NCBI GenBank assembly: GCA_002722135.1
Contig: PBKJ01000027.1
Coordinates: 75,833 to 139,832 of the forward strand
From: Methanobacteriota archaeon
GTDB lineage: Archaea; Thermoplasmatota; Poseidoniia; Poseidoniales; Poseidoniaceae
Reading direction: 5' to 3'
DNA length: 64,000 bases
The stretch's first letter is position 1. Each line of letters opens with the position of its first letter. The translations under genes and the position numbers were made by a program. Below are positions 9,356 to 18,715 of the stretch, piece after piece. The notes beneath the pieces are model-generated. The model worked only from the letters and a program-made list of their open reading frames with translations. It ran no database searches and was not told the DNA's origin.

Positions 9356-10393
9356 ATGAATGCCGTTGTCGAGTGTGTCCCGAACATCTCCGAAGGCCGG
9401 AACCTGGAGCTCATCCATACGGTCGTCGATGCTGCTCGCGTCGATGGTTGCTCGGTGTTGAGCGTCGAGCCCGATGCCGATTACAACAGGACAGTCATCA
9501 CGCTGGCGGGAGATCCTGAGGCCGTTGCAGAAGCAGCGACCTTGTTGAGCGTTGAAGCGATTCGGCGCATCGACATGCGGGAGCACGCCGGAGAACATCC
9601 ACGTCTCGGCGTGGTTGACGTGTGCCCGTTTATTCCGATTCAGGGGATTGACATGGAGGCATGTGCCGACCTCGCGACCAACGTCGCACAAACCGTGGCA
9701 GAGAAGACGGGCGCCCCGACGTTCCTCTATGGAGCCAGCGCTTCGCATCCTGCCCGAACGAAACTTTCCAGTTTGAGGAAAGGCGAGTATGAGGGCCTTC
9801 AAGAAAGGATGAGGCACGACGGAGCAACGTCCCACACAGACACCAGGTGGCCAGACTTTGGGCCGACATCATGGAACGACATCGCGGCAAAAAGCGGTGG
9901 CTGCACCTACGGGGCGCGCCCAGTCTTGATCGCGTACAACGTCAACGTCCCTGAAGTCAACGCGAATGTTGCCAAAATGATTGGCACCGTCATCCGAGGG
10001 AGTGGGCGCATTGTCGCTCGACACGATGATGCGAAATTGCGTGTACCGGGCATGCTCGAAAGCGTTCAAGGCATGGGCGTCACGCTCGAAAAACACAACA
10101 TGTCACAAGTCAGCATGAACCTCACAGACGCAGCGTCATGTGGACTCCTGCACGCTTTTGAGACCGTGAAGAGTCTCGCAGCGGATCATGGACTAAACGT
10201 CACGGGAAGCGAGTTGGTGGGGTTGGTGCCGCTCGAAACCATGCTCGAAGCCGGCCGCTGGTATGCACCAGAAGCGGCAACGGATGAAGCGCTGGTTGAA
10301 GCGGCCATCATTGGTCTTGGGCTGGACGCATTCGCGCCCTTCGAGCCAAAGAGCAGGATCATTGAATGGGCGCTGAAGGAGGCCATGTCATGA
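9356..10393 (+). CDS. Glutamate formimidoyltransferase (formiminotransferase domain of FtcD)
   Basis: N-terminus MNAVVECVPNISEGRN matches the FTCD formiminotransferase signature; 345 aa. Confidence 0.8.
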   Translation: MNAVVECVPNISEGRNLELIHTVVDAARVDGCSVLSVEPDADYNRTVITLAGDPEAVAEAATLLSVEAIRRIDMREHAGEHPRLGVVDVCPFIPIQGIDMEACADLATNVAQTVAEKTGAPTFLYGASASHPARTKLSSLRKGEYEGLQERMRHDGATSHTDTRWPDFGPTSWNDIAAKSGGCTYGARPVLIAYNVNVPEVNANVAKMIGTVIRGSGRIVARHDDAKLRVPGMLESVQGMGVTLEKHNMSQVSMNLTDAASCGLLHAFETVKSLAADHGLNVTGSELVGLVPLETMLEAGRWYAPEAATDEALVEAAIIGLGLDAFAPFEPKSRIIEWALKEAMS

Positions 10394-11013
10394 CCTGGGC
10401 GAACACCACACTCACCGATTTTGAAGCGGCCGTGAAGTCATCAGATCCCACACCGGGCGGAGGTACGGTTGCCGCAGTTGCTCTTGGTCAAGCCGCGGCG
10501 CTCCTCTCAATGGTGGCTGATTTGACGCTCTCCTCGGATCGATGGTCGGACGCCCACCAAGCCGCGCATGATGCGAAGGCCGCCGCCGCCGCCGTCATGC
10601 CCCGCGCATCTCACCTTGCCGATGCCGACGCGCACGCTTTCGATGCGGTGGTTGAGGCGTTCAAACTCCCAAAATCCACGGAGGAAGAAAAAGAGGCCCG
10701 GAGGCACGAAATCCGTGCCGCAACGCTAGGAGCTGCCGAGGTGCCGTTCGAAACCGCAGAGCAAGCATGTGGATTGTTGCCCCACGTGCTCGCGATGGCT
10801 GAACGTGGAAACAGCAACGCAGCGAGCGATGCGGGGGTGGCTTCTCTCATGGCCACAGCTGCCGCCAAAGGGGCCGTGTTCAACGTTCTCATCAACCTCA
10901 ATGCCCTACCTGAAAGCATGGGTGGTTCGATGCGTGCTGCGCTTCCTAAGATGGAGGAAGACATTCGAAACCTTGGACGAGCATGCATGGACGCGGTCCG
11001 CTCGCGGCTGTGA
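10390..11013 (+). CDS. Formimidoyltetrahydrofolate cyclodeaminase (FtcD cyclodeaminase domain)
   Basis: TPGGGTVAAVALGQAAALLSMV motif of the cyclodeaminase family; start ATG overlaps the upstream stop (ATGA), suggesting translational coupling. Confidence 0.7.
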   Translation: MTWANTTLTDFEAAVKSSDPTPGGGTVAAVALGQAAALLSMVADLTLSSDRWSDAHQAAHDAKAAAAAVMPRASHLADADAHAFDAVVEAFKLPKSTEEEKEARRHEIRAATLGAAEVPFETAEQACGLLPHVLAMAERGNSNAASDAGVASLMATAAAKGAVFNVLINLNALPESMGGSMRAALPKMEEDIRNLGRACMDAVRSRL

Positions 11014-13281
11014 TTATCGCACGCGAGATCCGTTGCTGATCGCGTCGCTCACGGTGAGAAGACGCACACACCCGTCCTCATCGTCGGCGGCCAACATCAT
11101 GCCTTCGCTCATCACGCCGCGAAGCTTTCGCGGAGCCAGATTGGCGACAACAACGACTTGGAGGCCCATCAAATCCTCCGCCGAATAGATGTCACGAAGG
11201 CCAGCGCAAATGGTTCGACCCTCCGCAGTACCGTCGTCCAATTGAACCACCCAAAGGCGGTCGGCGTTTGGATGCTCTTCAACAGAGGTCACCGTGGCTA
11301 TCCGCATGTCAACGGCCACGAATTGATCGAAGTCGATCGTGCTGATTCCTTCTCGTTCCATGTCTTTCGTCTCCTTTTTCTTGTTCCGTCGACTTCCTTT
11401 GACGCCACCCACTGACGGCTCGGTGGTCTTTGGTGCTGATTCGGCCACGTTTCCTTCGCGTTCAAGGATGGCCTCGAGGTCCAGGCGCGCAAAGAGCGGT
11501 GCGGGTTGATCGGTTGAGGCCGAGATCGTCGGCATCATGTTGACCGCTTCATCCCATGACACCTCACTGACGTCACCAGAATGCCCTTGCATGGCCCACA
11601 GACGCTGTGCGGCTCCGGGCAGGAAGGGTTGAATGGTGATGGCGATGCCTTTCAGCATCCGCGCAGCCAAAGCAAGGCCCGCGAAGGATTGAACCCTGAC
11701 CGATTCATCCGCGTCCGGTTTCAGGGCAACCCAAGGCGCAGCCCGTTGGACCACGCCGTTGCCTTGTTGAGCGATGTTCATGACGCCGCGCAAGGCTTCT
11801 TTGAAGCGATGGCGTTCGAGCGATTCCCCGACGGCGTCGTGTTGAGCATGCCATGATTTGACGTCCTCCAACCATGCCTCTGGCCGATCCCAATCCGCCA
11901 GTTCGCCAAGGCCAGCTTGGCGCAACTTCACAGTGAGGGTCAACACGCGGTGGGCAAAATTGCCGAATGCGGCAATCAGTTCCGAGTTGATTTTCTCGAC
12001 AAAGTCTTCCCAAGTGAAATCAGTGTCGTGATTCTCGGGCATGTTGATGGACAGGTAATATCGAAGCGTGTCAGGGTCGTGATGCTCGAGGAAGGACGGA
12101 AGCCACACTGCATGCTTCCTTGATTTGGAAAATTGGCCACCGCTCAGCATCAAGTACTCCATCGCTGGGACATCGTGCGGGAGCGCGAGGTCCCCCGGTT
12201 GAGGCAACGCTGGGTCGTCCACGCCACGCTTGGTCATGTTCAACCCAAGCAATATGGCAGGCCAGATGACCGTATGGAACGGGATGTTGTCCTTGCCCAA
12301 GAAGTACAGATGCCTTGGACTGTTTCCGTGCTCATCGACGCACCACCACGATCTCCAGGCCTCTTCGCCGAGCTGATGTTCGTTGGCATGCCGTTCTGCC
12401 CAAATCTGTGCGCACGTCAGATATCCTTGAACGGCTTCAAACCAAACGTAGACGCACTTGCCGTCCCAGTCTTCGTCCGCAAAGGGAACAGGAATCCCCC
12501 ACTCAAGGTCACGCGTCACGGCACGTGGGCGCAAGCCCATGTCCAACCACTGCTTCGTCATGGCACGAACGTTGGATTTCCACTGTTTGGAGGAATTGGA
12601 GGCGAAGGATTCCAAGGCACCTTGGAAGGCATCAAGCCGGTAGAACAGATGTTCGGTTTCCCTGACCTCAATCTGGCGTTCAGGGTTCATCTTGGAGCGA
12701 GGGTTGGTCAACTCGACGGATTCGTAGGTTGCCCCACACGTGTCGCATTGGTCTCCGCGGGCATCGTCTGCGCCACACGATGGACAGGTGCCCTCAACGT
12801 AACGGTCGGGCAGGAAACGTCCACCGTCTTCGTGAACCTCGAAGAACTGAGGCGTCGAACGCCGCTCAAACAATCCTGCTTCATCCAAACGCAAGACGTT
12901 GGCTTGAACACGATCAGCATGGGCGGGGTCGCTGGTCCGGTTGAAGAGGGCTCCTCCAAATTCCACGCCCCGGCGGTCGACGTGCTCAAACCACGCGCAC
13001 CCCAGATCTGAAAGCGCCTGCGTGTTGATGGCATGAAATCGGTTCACCACGTCCTGCGGAGAAATTCCTTCCCGCTCTGCGCTGACCGTGATGGGGGTTC
13101 CATGCTCATCCGAGCCAGACACCATCAGCACTTTCCGGCCCTTGGCGCGTTCATACCTGAATTGAATGTCGGGTGGAAGATAGCACCCCGCCACGTGACC
13201 AAGATGGAGCGGCCCATTGGCATAGGGCCACGCCACGCAGATCAACACGTGCTCGGTGGCGTCCATCGGTCCGCGGCTCAT
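11014..13281 (-). CDS. metG: Methionyl-tRNA synthetase with C-terminal EMAP/tRNA-binding domain
   Basis: HVLICVAWPYANGPLHLGHV (HIGH region), KMSKS-like region, Zn knuckle CPSCG..CDTCG, C-terminal OB tRNA-binding domain. The track ORF extends to 13797 with a non-homologous 172-aa extension overlapping the CNNM gene; start reassigned to M173. Confidence 0.85.
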   Translation of the reverse strand: MSRGPMDATEHVLICVAWPYANGPLHLGHVAGCYLPPDIQFRYERAKGRKVLMVSGSDEHGTPITVSAEREGISPQDVVNRFHAINTQALSDLGCAWFEHVDRRGVEFGGALFNRTSDPAHADRVQANVLRLDEAGLFERRSTPQFFEVHEDGGRFLPDRYVEGTCPSCGADDARGDQCDTCGATYESVELTNPRSKMNPERQIEVRETEHLFYRLDAFQGALESFASNSSKQWKSNVRAMTKQWLDMGLRPRAVTRDLEWGIPVPFADEDWDGKCVYVWFEAVQGYLTCAQIWAERHANEHQLGEEAWRSWWCVDEHGNSPRHLYFLGKDNIPFHTVIWPAILLGLNMTKRGVDDPALPQPGDLALPHDVPAMEYLMLSGGQFSKSRKHAVWLPSFLEHHDPDTLRYYLSINMPENHDTDFTWEDFVEKINSELIAAFGNFAHRVLTLTVKLRQAGLGELADWDRPEAWLEDVKSWHAQHDAVGESLERHRFKEALRGVMNIAQQGNGVVQRAAPWVALKPDADESVRVQSFAGLALAARMLKGIAITIQPFLPGAAQRLWAMQGHSGDVSEVSWDEAVNMMPTISASTDQPAPLFARLDLEAILEREGNVAESAPKTTEPSVGGVKGSRRNKKKETKDMEREGISTIDFDQFVAVDMRIATVTSVEEHPNADRLWVVQLDDGTAEGRTICAGLRDIYSAEDLMGLQVVVVANLAPRKLRGVMSEGMMLAADDEDGCVRLLTVSDAISNGSRVR

Positions 13282-13323
13282 GCCCACATCACTTAGGCCT
13301 TCTTGACGCAAGCACGCTCCGTC

Positions 13324-14469
13324 ATGTTGATGAGCATTGAACCTCTGCAAGGAACGTCTCTGACAGGGGCTCTCCACATCATGGTGCTCGAAGCGCTCGC
13401 GGCGGCCGGACCCGCCATCAACGCCACAGGGACAGGAGACGTCCGCCTGCTGACCTTCTATGTCGTCATCGCTTTGGGAATCTCCTTCCTTTGTTCGATC
13501 CTCGAAGCGGTCGTCCTCTCCGTCACGCAAACATGGGTGGCCGTGGAGAAAAACAATGGAAGCAAGACCGGAGAATTGTGGGCGGCCCTCAAGGAAGACG
13601 ACGCTGTAGGCCCACTGACCGCCATTCTCACGCTGAACACCATCTCTCACACCATGGGCGCTGCAGGCGTGGGATCCCAGGTCCAGCTCATCTACGGCGA
13701 CGGCGCCCTGACGCTGGCCTCCATCTTGCTGACGTTGGCCATGCTGTTGCTTTCCGAAATTGTTCCCAAGACGATCGGAGCAGCGTATTGGAAACAATTG
13801 GCCCGACCATGCGGGTCCCTGTTGCGGATTGTGGTGTGGTCCATGACCGTCCTCATCGTGCCAATCCAGATCCTCAAGCGCATTCTGCCGAAGGGGGAAT
13901 TGAACCTCGTCTCACGTGATGATGTCGCGGCATTGGCAGATTTGGGTGAGGAACGTGGCGTGCTCAACGAAGACGAGGAAGCCATCATCCACAACCTGTT
14001 GCGTCTCCGTGATATCATGGTGAAGGACGTCATGACGCCACGGACCGTGATGCAAACCGTCAACGCCGACGCAACGGTCTTGGAAGTGACCGAATCCATG
14101 CCGGTGCTTCGCTTTTCACGCATGCCTGTCCTCGGAGAGGGCACGGACGATGTGCTCGGTCTCGTGCTCCGTGCTCGCATATTGCGTGCGTCCTCCAACG
14201 ACGAACACGGCGCGACGATGAACGATTTGATGCAACCCATCACCCGTATTCGACTGGAGCAAAGCGTCGAGGAGGCCTTGGACCACTTCCTCGAATCGAA
14301 GCAACATTTCGCCTTGGTGACCAATGAATTCGGCGGAACCGAGGGTGCCGTCACACTGGAGGACGTCTTTGAGACCTTGATTGGTGAGGAAATCGTGGAC
14401 GAACTGGATGAAGTGGAAGACATGCGAGAGTATGCACGTGAACAGGCAGCCCTCAGCAGTGAGGAATGA
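13324..14469 (+). CDS. CNNM/CorC-family transporter-associated protein (DUF21 + CBS pair)
   Basis: Four N-terminal TM helices followed by tandem CBS domains; track start 13303 (TTG), first ATG at 13324. Confidence 0.75.
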   Translation: MLMSIEPLQGTSLTGALHIMVLEALAAAGPAINATGTGDVRLLTFYVVIALGISFLCSILEAVVLSVTQTWVAVEKNNGSKTGELWAALKEDDAVGPLTAILTLNTISHTMGAAGVGSQVQLIYGDGALTLASILLTLAMLLLSEIVPKTIGAAYWKQLARPCGSLLRIVVWSMTVLIVPIQILKRILPKGELNLVSRDDVAALADLGEERGVLNEDEEAIIHNLLRLRDIMVKDVMTPRTVMQTVNADATVLEVTESMPVLRFSRMPVLGEGTDDVLGLVLRARILRASSNDEHGATMNDLMQPITRIRLEQSVEEALDHFLESKQHFALVTNEFGGTEGAVTLEDVFETLIGEEIVDELDEVEDMREYAREQAALSSEE

Positions 14470-15304
14470 AGGCCTTTGATTCGAGCCACGCCATCATCGC
14501 AGCATCTCGTTCATGATGAAGCGAAGTTCCACTGTGCCGCAAGGTGGTCGAGCTCCAGACGTCAAGAAGGTCGTCAGGCATGCACGACCGGAGCATGTCG
14601 AGATGAACTGGGCCCAATCGGAGGTCAGGATCGGCCTGCATCACGAAGGTTGGAACCTCTGGTTTCCCCCAGCGGGGGACGTCCACATCGGCCATGTCGC
14701 TGATTGAAACACCCGGGTGCATGGTGTTCCATTCATCCATCAACCGTCGTGTCAATCGAGAGCGAAAACCTGGCAGCCAACGTGGCCAACGAAGGTCCGA
14801 AAAAATTTCATCGAAAATGGGTGAATAGCACGTCATCGGTGATTCGAGCAGTAAGGCTTCGACCCTGTCGCCATGTCGGCCGTGCAACAACCGCAGGGCA
14901 ACGTATGCCCCGAGGGAGTGACCGTGCAACAAGAGCTTGGTTGTGGTCATTCCTAAATCGCCGCCAAAAAGACCGTCGAGCAGATCCTCAAGACACTCAA
15001 GGACGCAATGTGCTGTCCACGGGCCGTTGTACGTCGACGAGCCATGGCCCAACGATTCGAGGAGAACCACGTGAAATCCCGCATCAGCAAGAGCTTGCGT
15101 GCGGTTACGGGCATGCGCGACACCCGACGTCCAACCGTGGACTGCAACGAGCGTTGGTGCAGGTTGTTCACGCAAGTTCACGTGAAACCTGTACGGTGCA
15201 CGCGGCCCCTCGCGAACGGTTGATGGCCAATTCGGATCGTCGAGCGGGGCCGTTGATTTGGGTGGGCCTTGGAGGAGGCGCCTGGTCAAGGCCTTGGCCA
15301 ACAT
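14453..15304 (-). CDS. Alpha/beta-fold hydrolase
   Basis: HGW..G oxyanion region and GHSLG nucleophile elbow; 17-nt convergent overlap with the CNNM gene. Confidence 0.6.
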   Translation of the reverse strand: MLAKALTRRLLQGPPKSTAPLDDPNWPSTVREGPRAPYRFHVNLREQPAPTLVAVHGWTSGVAHARNRTQALADAGFHVVLLESLGHGSSTYNGPWTAHCVLECLEDLLDGLFGGDLGMTTTKLLLHGHSLGAYVALRLLHGRHGDRVEALLLESPMTCYSPIFDEIFSDLRWPRWLPGFRSRLTRRLMDEWNTMHPGVSISDMADVDVPRWGKPEVPTFVMQADPDLRLGPVHLDMLRSCMPDDLLDVWSSTTLRHSGTSLHHERDAAMMAWLESKAFIPHC

Positions 15305-15307
15305 CCG

Positions 15308-16207
15308 TCATGCAGCGTCTTCGTCAGCGGCATCAGCGTCAGAAGCAGGCGCCTCGGTTGCTGCCGCAGCCTCAGCGGCTTCGGCGGCCTTCGCGGCGCG
15401 CTTCTCTGCGGCCTTTTGCTCACGGTCGGCTTGCCGTTGTGCGAAGCGGTCGCCCCAGTCGCCCATGCTTTCGAGGCGGAGGGCCCAGCCCGTGTTGCCT
15501 TCGCTCGCGGTTGGAACGTGCTTGACCAGGTAAGCGGAGAAGGCGCGGTCAAACATGCCCTGATTCAGTTCGCTGGCGCGCTTAAACTGGCGGTCGATGA
15601 TCATCAACGACATCATGAGCACGCCAACGCCGAACCAAATGATGCCGTTTGTGTCGCCGCCGTTGCCGAGTTCGCTCATGTTGAACATCACCAATGTCCC
15701 GCCAATCAAAAACAGGAAGCCAATCATGCTGTTGAGCACGGCGTGGATCTTGATTGGTGGGTTTCCTGATGCGCTGATGAACTTGGTTCGGGACACGAAC
15801 TGTCCAACGTTGCGGCCAAACCTGACTGGAATGATGAACACGTTCAGGGCGTAGAGTGCCATCGCGCCAAGGATTGAAGCAGAATTCGCCACGGTTGAAT
15901 TGACGAAAATCACGACGAAAGCTGCACCAATCAACATGCCGTAGTTGATGATGAAATTCGCCAACGAACCGGTGAACCGAGCGGTACCTGATGCAATCTC
16001 AAATTCGCTTGGAAGGCCCTTCGGTCGTGCCTTGGGCTTCTTCGCTTTCTTGGCTTTGGCCGCCTTGGCCGGCTGTGCGACCGGTTGAGCCGCAACGGCT
16101 GCGACGGGCACGGCCGCAGGAGCGGCTGCTGGTGCAGCCACGGGCACGGCTGCGGGGGCGGTTGGAGTCGTCGAGTTGGCCTTGTCAAGCAGTCCCATGG
16201 TGATCAC
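15308..16207 (-). CDS. RDD-family-like polytopic membrane protein with Pro/Ala/Lys-rich N-terminus and acidic Ala-rich C-terminus
   Basis: SGTARFTGSLANFIINYG...R...D pattern resembling the RDD family, 3-4 TM helices, low-complexity termini. Confidence 0.45.
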   Translation of the reverse strand: MITMGLLDKANSTTPTAPAAVPVAAPAAAPAAVPVAAVAAQPVAQPAKAAKAKKAKKPKARPKGLPSEFEIASGTARFTGSLANFIINYGMLIGAAFVVIFVNSTVANSASILGAMALYALNVFIIPVRFGRNVGQFVSRTKFISASGNPPIKIHAVLNSMIGFLFLIGGTLVMFNMSELGNGGDTNGIIWFGVGVLMMSLMIIDRQFKRASELNQGMFDRAFSAYLVKHVPTASEGNTGWALRLESMGDWGDRFAQRQADREQKAAEKRAAKAAEAAEAAAATEAPASDADAADEDAA

Positions 16208-16209
16208 GC

Positions 16210-17196
16210 TCAGCTGTATGTTGCGCCAATGCGGCTGTAAAGTGCAAAGTTTGGACTGGCCACGAAGGCCGAAATCGCCGATTCTGGCATGTCGCCCAGC
16301 AAGGCGTCAACCATGCTGAAGAATGCCACCCTGTCCTCATGTGAAGCGGCGGCCGGGTTTGTTCCGACACGCTGGTACAGTGAAAACTCAGGGCTTGCCA
16401 AGAAAGCGGCGACCGCTGCCTCAGGCAGGTCAGTTCCAAGAAGATGGTCGACCACGGCGACGAAGGATGGGAATTCGTCGGCCACCGGTTGGGCGACGGC
16501 TGCTGCCTCGACAGGCACAGCTGCGGCCACTGGCGCTGCTGCTGGAGCGCCCCGCAGAGCCCGGCGCTCTTCCATCAGGGCCCGGAGTTCGGGCCGCAGG
16601 GCTTCCAGGGTAGCGGCATCGTCGGATGCCTTGGCCGCTTCGTACTGGGGCTTGAGTTCGCGGAGACGGTTTTCGACCTGCGTCAAGCGGTCCATGGGTT
16701 GATCGGGTTCCACAGTTTCTGCATCAAGGAGTTCAACCGTGGGCGCATCCCTGACTTCTGCAATCCGGTCGTCGTGCATTTGCTTCCTGAGCACGATGAT
16801 TTCACGGTCCAGTTCATGCCCGAAACGATCGGCGTATCGGTCGAGCAGCGAACCTGCTTCTTTGTTCGTGAGACGATCGATGTGGCCGTACACCTGCTGA
16901 AGCGGTTTTTCCGTTCGCTTGGCCCACATTTCCGAGTAGGCATCAGCATCAGAGGGAACGGGCTGAGGTGCTTCTGCGGGCGCAGGAAGATCCGGTAGCG
17001 GTGCCGCTGGAGGAAGCTCTGGCAGCGGAGCCAAGTCCGGCAATGGCGCAGGAGGAGGGGCCTCAAGTGCCGGAAGAGGAGCCAAATCTGGAAGGGGTGG
17101 AGCAGCAGGAGCCTCGGCTGCAGCGGCCTTGCGTCGACGACGACCCATGGTGAACCCCGACCCTTCGTCGCACTGTGCCCCTTCAAGGTTCCTCAC
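16210..17196 (-). CDS. Hypothetical Pro/Ala-rich protein with PLPDLAPLPxL tandem repeats and an internally duplicated C-terminal module
   Basis: The N-terminal repeats are also visible as DNA tandem repeats. A coiled-coil-like middle is followed by two copies of F(V/F)xxVDxLLGxxPExAxxAFxASPxFxLYxRxG. No family recognised. Confidence 0.4.
   Translation of the reverse strand: MRNLEGAQCDEGSGFTMGRRRRKAAAAEAPAAPPLPDLAPLPALEAPPPAPLPDLAPLPELPPAAPLPDLPAPAEAPQPVPSDADAYSEMWAKRTEKPLQQVYGHIDRLTNKEAGSLLDRYADRFGHELDREIIVLRKQMHDDRIAEVRDAPTVELLDAETVEPDQPMDRLTQVENRLRELKPQYEAAKASDDAATLEALRPELRALMEERRALRGAPAAAPVAAAVPVEAAAVAQPVADEFPSFVAVVDHLLGTDLPEAAVAAFLASPEFSLYQRVGTNPAAASHEDRVAFFSMVDALLGDMPESAISAFVASPNFALYSRIGATYS
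16985..17140. repeat. Short in-frame tandem repeat (~33-36 nt units) encoding the (A)PLPDLAPLPEL repeats
   Basis: Repeated ...ggagccaagtccggcaatggcgcaggagga... / ...ggagccaaatctggaaggggtggagca... units on the plus strand. Confidence 0.4.
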
Positions 17197-17221
17197 GCCG
17201 GGGTCGCGTTCGGGTCAACCT

Positions 17222-18424
17222 TCACGCTACCTTTCGCGCCCAGCCCTTGAGGGAAAGGAAGACTTCCTCTGCCTCAGAAACCTCAACGACCTCACCGCTT
17301 GAAGCCTCGATTCTCCTCCCGTGGAGTCCAAAAACGGCATCGTCAACCGTCATCTCCATTCTACGGTCCACGTCACGACCGAACACCACGGCTTCGCTCA
17401 GAGCATCGTACGCGCCCGGTTGCTCGGGATTCAGCCTGGAGAGCGGAAGGGTCGACACACGCATGCCACACTTGCCGTGAAGGCTGGTCGGCCATCGGAT
17501 TTGCCGTCGGGTGTCGATGGTGACCACCTCGTCGGTTTCGCCTGCAGCGCCAAGCACGATCGAAGCATCGGTGGCCACCAGGTCGGCGAAGAGAATCTTG
17601 GGTCCATCCTTGAGGACGTTGAAATTCCCTTCAAGCAAACGTTCTGCCCGTCGTGGATCCGAGAGCGTTTCAGCCAACTTCCGTATGGCTGCAACGGAAT
17701 GTGGGCCTGAGGTGCGGCCTTCGTGTGCTCGCCGTCTTTGGACCCCATCGTGGAGGCGCGCAATGTCGTCTTTCGTGGTTTTACCGCTGATGATGCCCTG
17801 CAATGTTTCGACGGTGGTGGCGACGCCGTCCCGCACACGACGGCTCCATCCTCGGGCGTCGGTGTCACGGTACATCCCAAACCGTCCAGCGACGTCAACG
17901 CCTTCTCCTCGGATGTGCGCCACGAGTTCCCGGCGTGCATCCGAGTCAAGGTGGACGAGGGTTGGGTCCCTGTAGTGCAAGTGAAAGCCACGGTGCCCAG
18001 AGAAGGTGACGTGGAGGTGGTCCTCTTTGAATCCAAATTCAGGTTCCAAAAAGTCAGACCATAGGGTCCATGCTTGTTCTTGAATCAGCTCGAGCATCCC
18101 CGGGAAGTCCCGGTCTGATACCCCCGGGAGGTGGTCGCCGTCAAGGTCGAAAATCAGGTCGGCCCCAAGCCATTGTTTGTCGGCCATCTTCGCCTCAAAC
18201 GGCCGTTTCCAATATGCGGTTGAATAGAAACAGGAGTGCGTTGGGCGTTGAAGCAGAAACGAGCGAACGTCCTCCATCTTCGAGAACGATTGATGCCGAA
18301 GTGGGGCACCTTCGCCAAATGGGATGAACATCCATTCCCTTCTTGACAAGCGGGGCGGTTGCCAAAGCTCAGCGCTACGGTAGTAGCTGCTGAAACGATG
18401 CGCAACGCGCGCCCAGCCGTCCAT
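17222..18424 (-). CDS. priS: DNA primase small (catalytic) subunit PriS
   Basis: ADLIFDLDGDHL (DxD metal site) and FSGHRGFHLHY motifs of archaeo-eukaryotic primase; 400 aa. Confidence 0.75.
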   Translation of the reverse strand: MDGWARVAHRFSSYYRSAELWQPPRLSRREWMFIPFGEGAPLRHQSFSKMEDVRSFLLQRPTHSCFYSTAYWKRPFEAKMADKQWLGADLIFDLDGDHLPGVSDRDFPGMLELIQEQAWTLWSDFLEPEFGFKEDHLHVTFSGHRGFHLHYRDPTLVHLDSDARRELVAHIRGEGVDVAGRFGMYRDTDARGWSRRVRDGVATTVETLQGIISGKTTKDDIARLHDGVQRRRAHEGRTSGPHSVAAIRKLAETLSDPRRAERLLEGNFNVLKDGPKILFADLVATDASIVLGAAGETDEVVTIDTRRQIRWPTSLHGKCGMRVSTLPLSRLNPEQPGAYDALSEAVVFGRDVDRRMEMTVDDAVFGLHGRRIEASSGEVVEVSEAEEVFLSLKGWARKVA

Positions 18425-18463
18425 CGTACATCAGGCGGTGACGACACCGCTTGAACCCATGCC

Positions 18464-18667
18464 TCAGCGGGCGTAGAAGCGCTCAACGGTTTCGCCGACC
18501 ACCGTTGAGGTGTCGGCACCGGTTGCTTCGACGTAGCACGGCCAGCAGACGTAGTTGTTGTTGAGCACCATCGCAGCACCGAAGGTCATGCGCTTGTTGC
18601 ACATGCTGCATCGAGGACCAATTTCGCCGTTCGGGGCCTGCGCCAAGCGGACGTGATCGTGGGGCAT
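18464..18667 (-). CDS. Small CxxC...CxxC zinc-ribbon protein (hypothetical)
   Basis: 67 aa, CSMCN...CWPC; conserved position between the HEAT protein and priS. Confidence 0.35.
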   Translation of the reverse strand: MPHDHVRLAQAPNGEIGPRCSMCNKRMTFGAAMVLNNNYVCWPCYVEATGADTSTVVGETVERFYAR

Positions 18668-18715
18668 GTTGGGTCCTCCATGTGCTGCTGAGTGACGCGG
18701 GTTTTGAGGCTTCGC

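Noticed and set aside
13282-13797. 172-aa N-terminal extension of the metG ORF as reported in the track
   Set aside because: The extension is low-complexity (Q/G/R/D-rich), has no MetRS homology, and overlaps the divergent CNNM gene. The conserved MetRS N-terminus begins at the internal ATG (MSRGPMDATEHVLICVAWPYANGPLHLGH).
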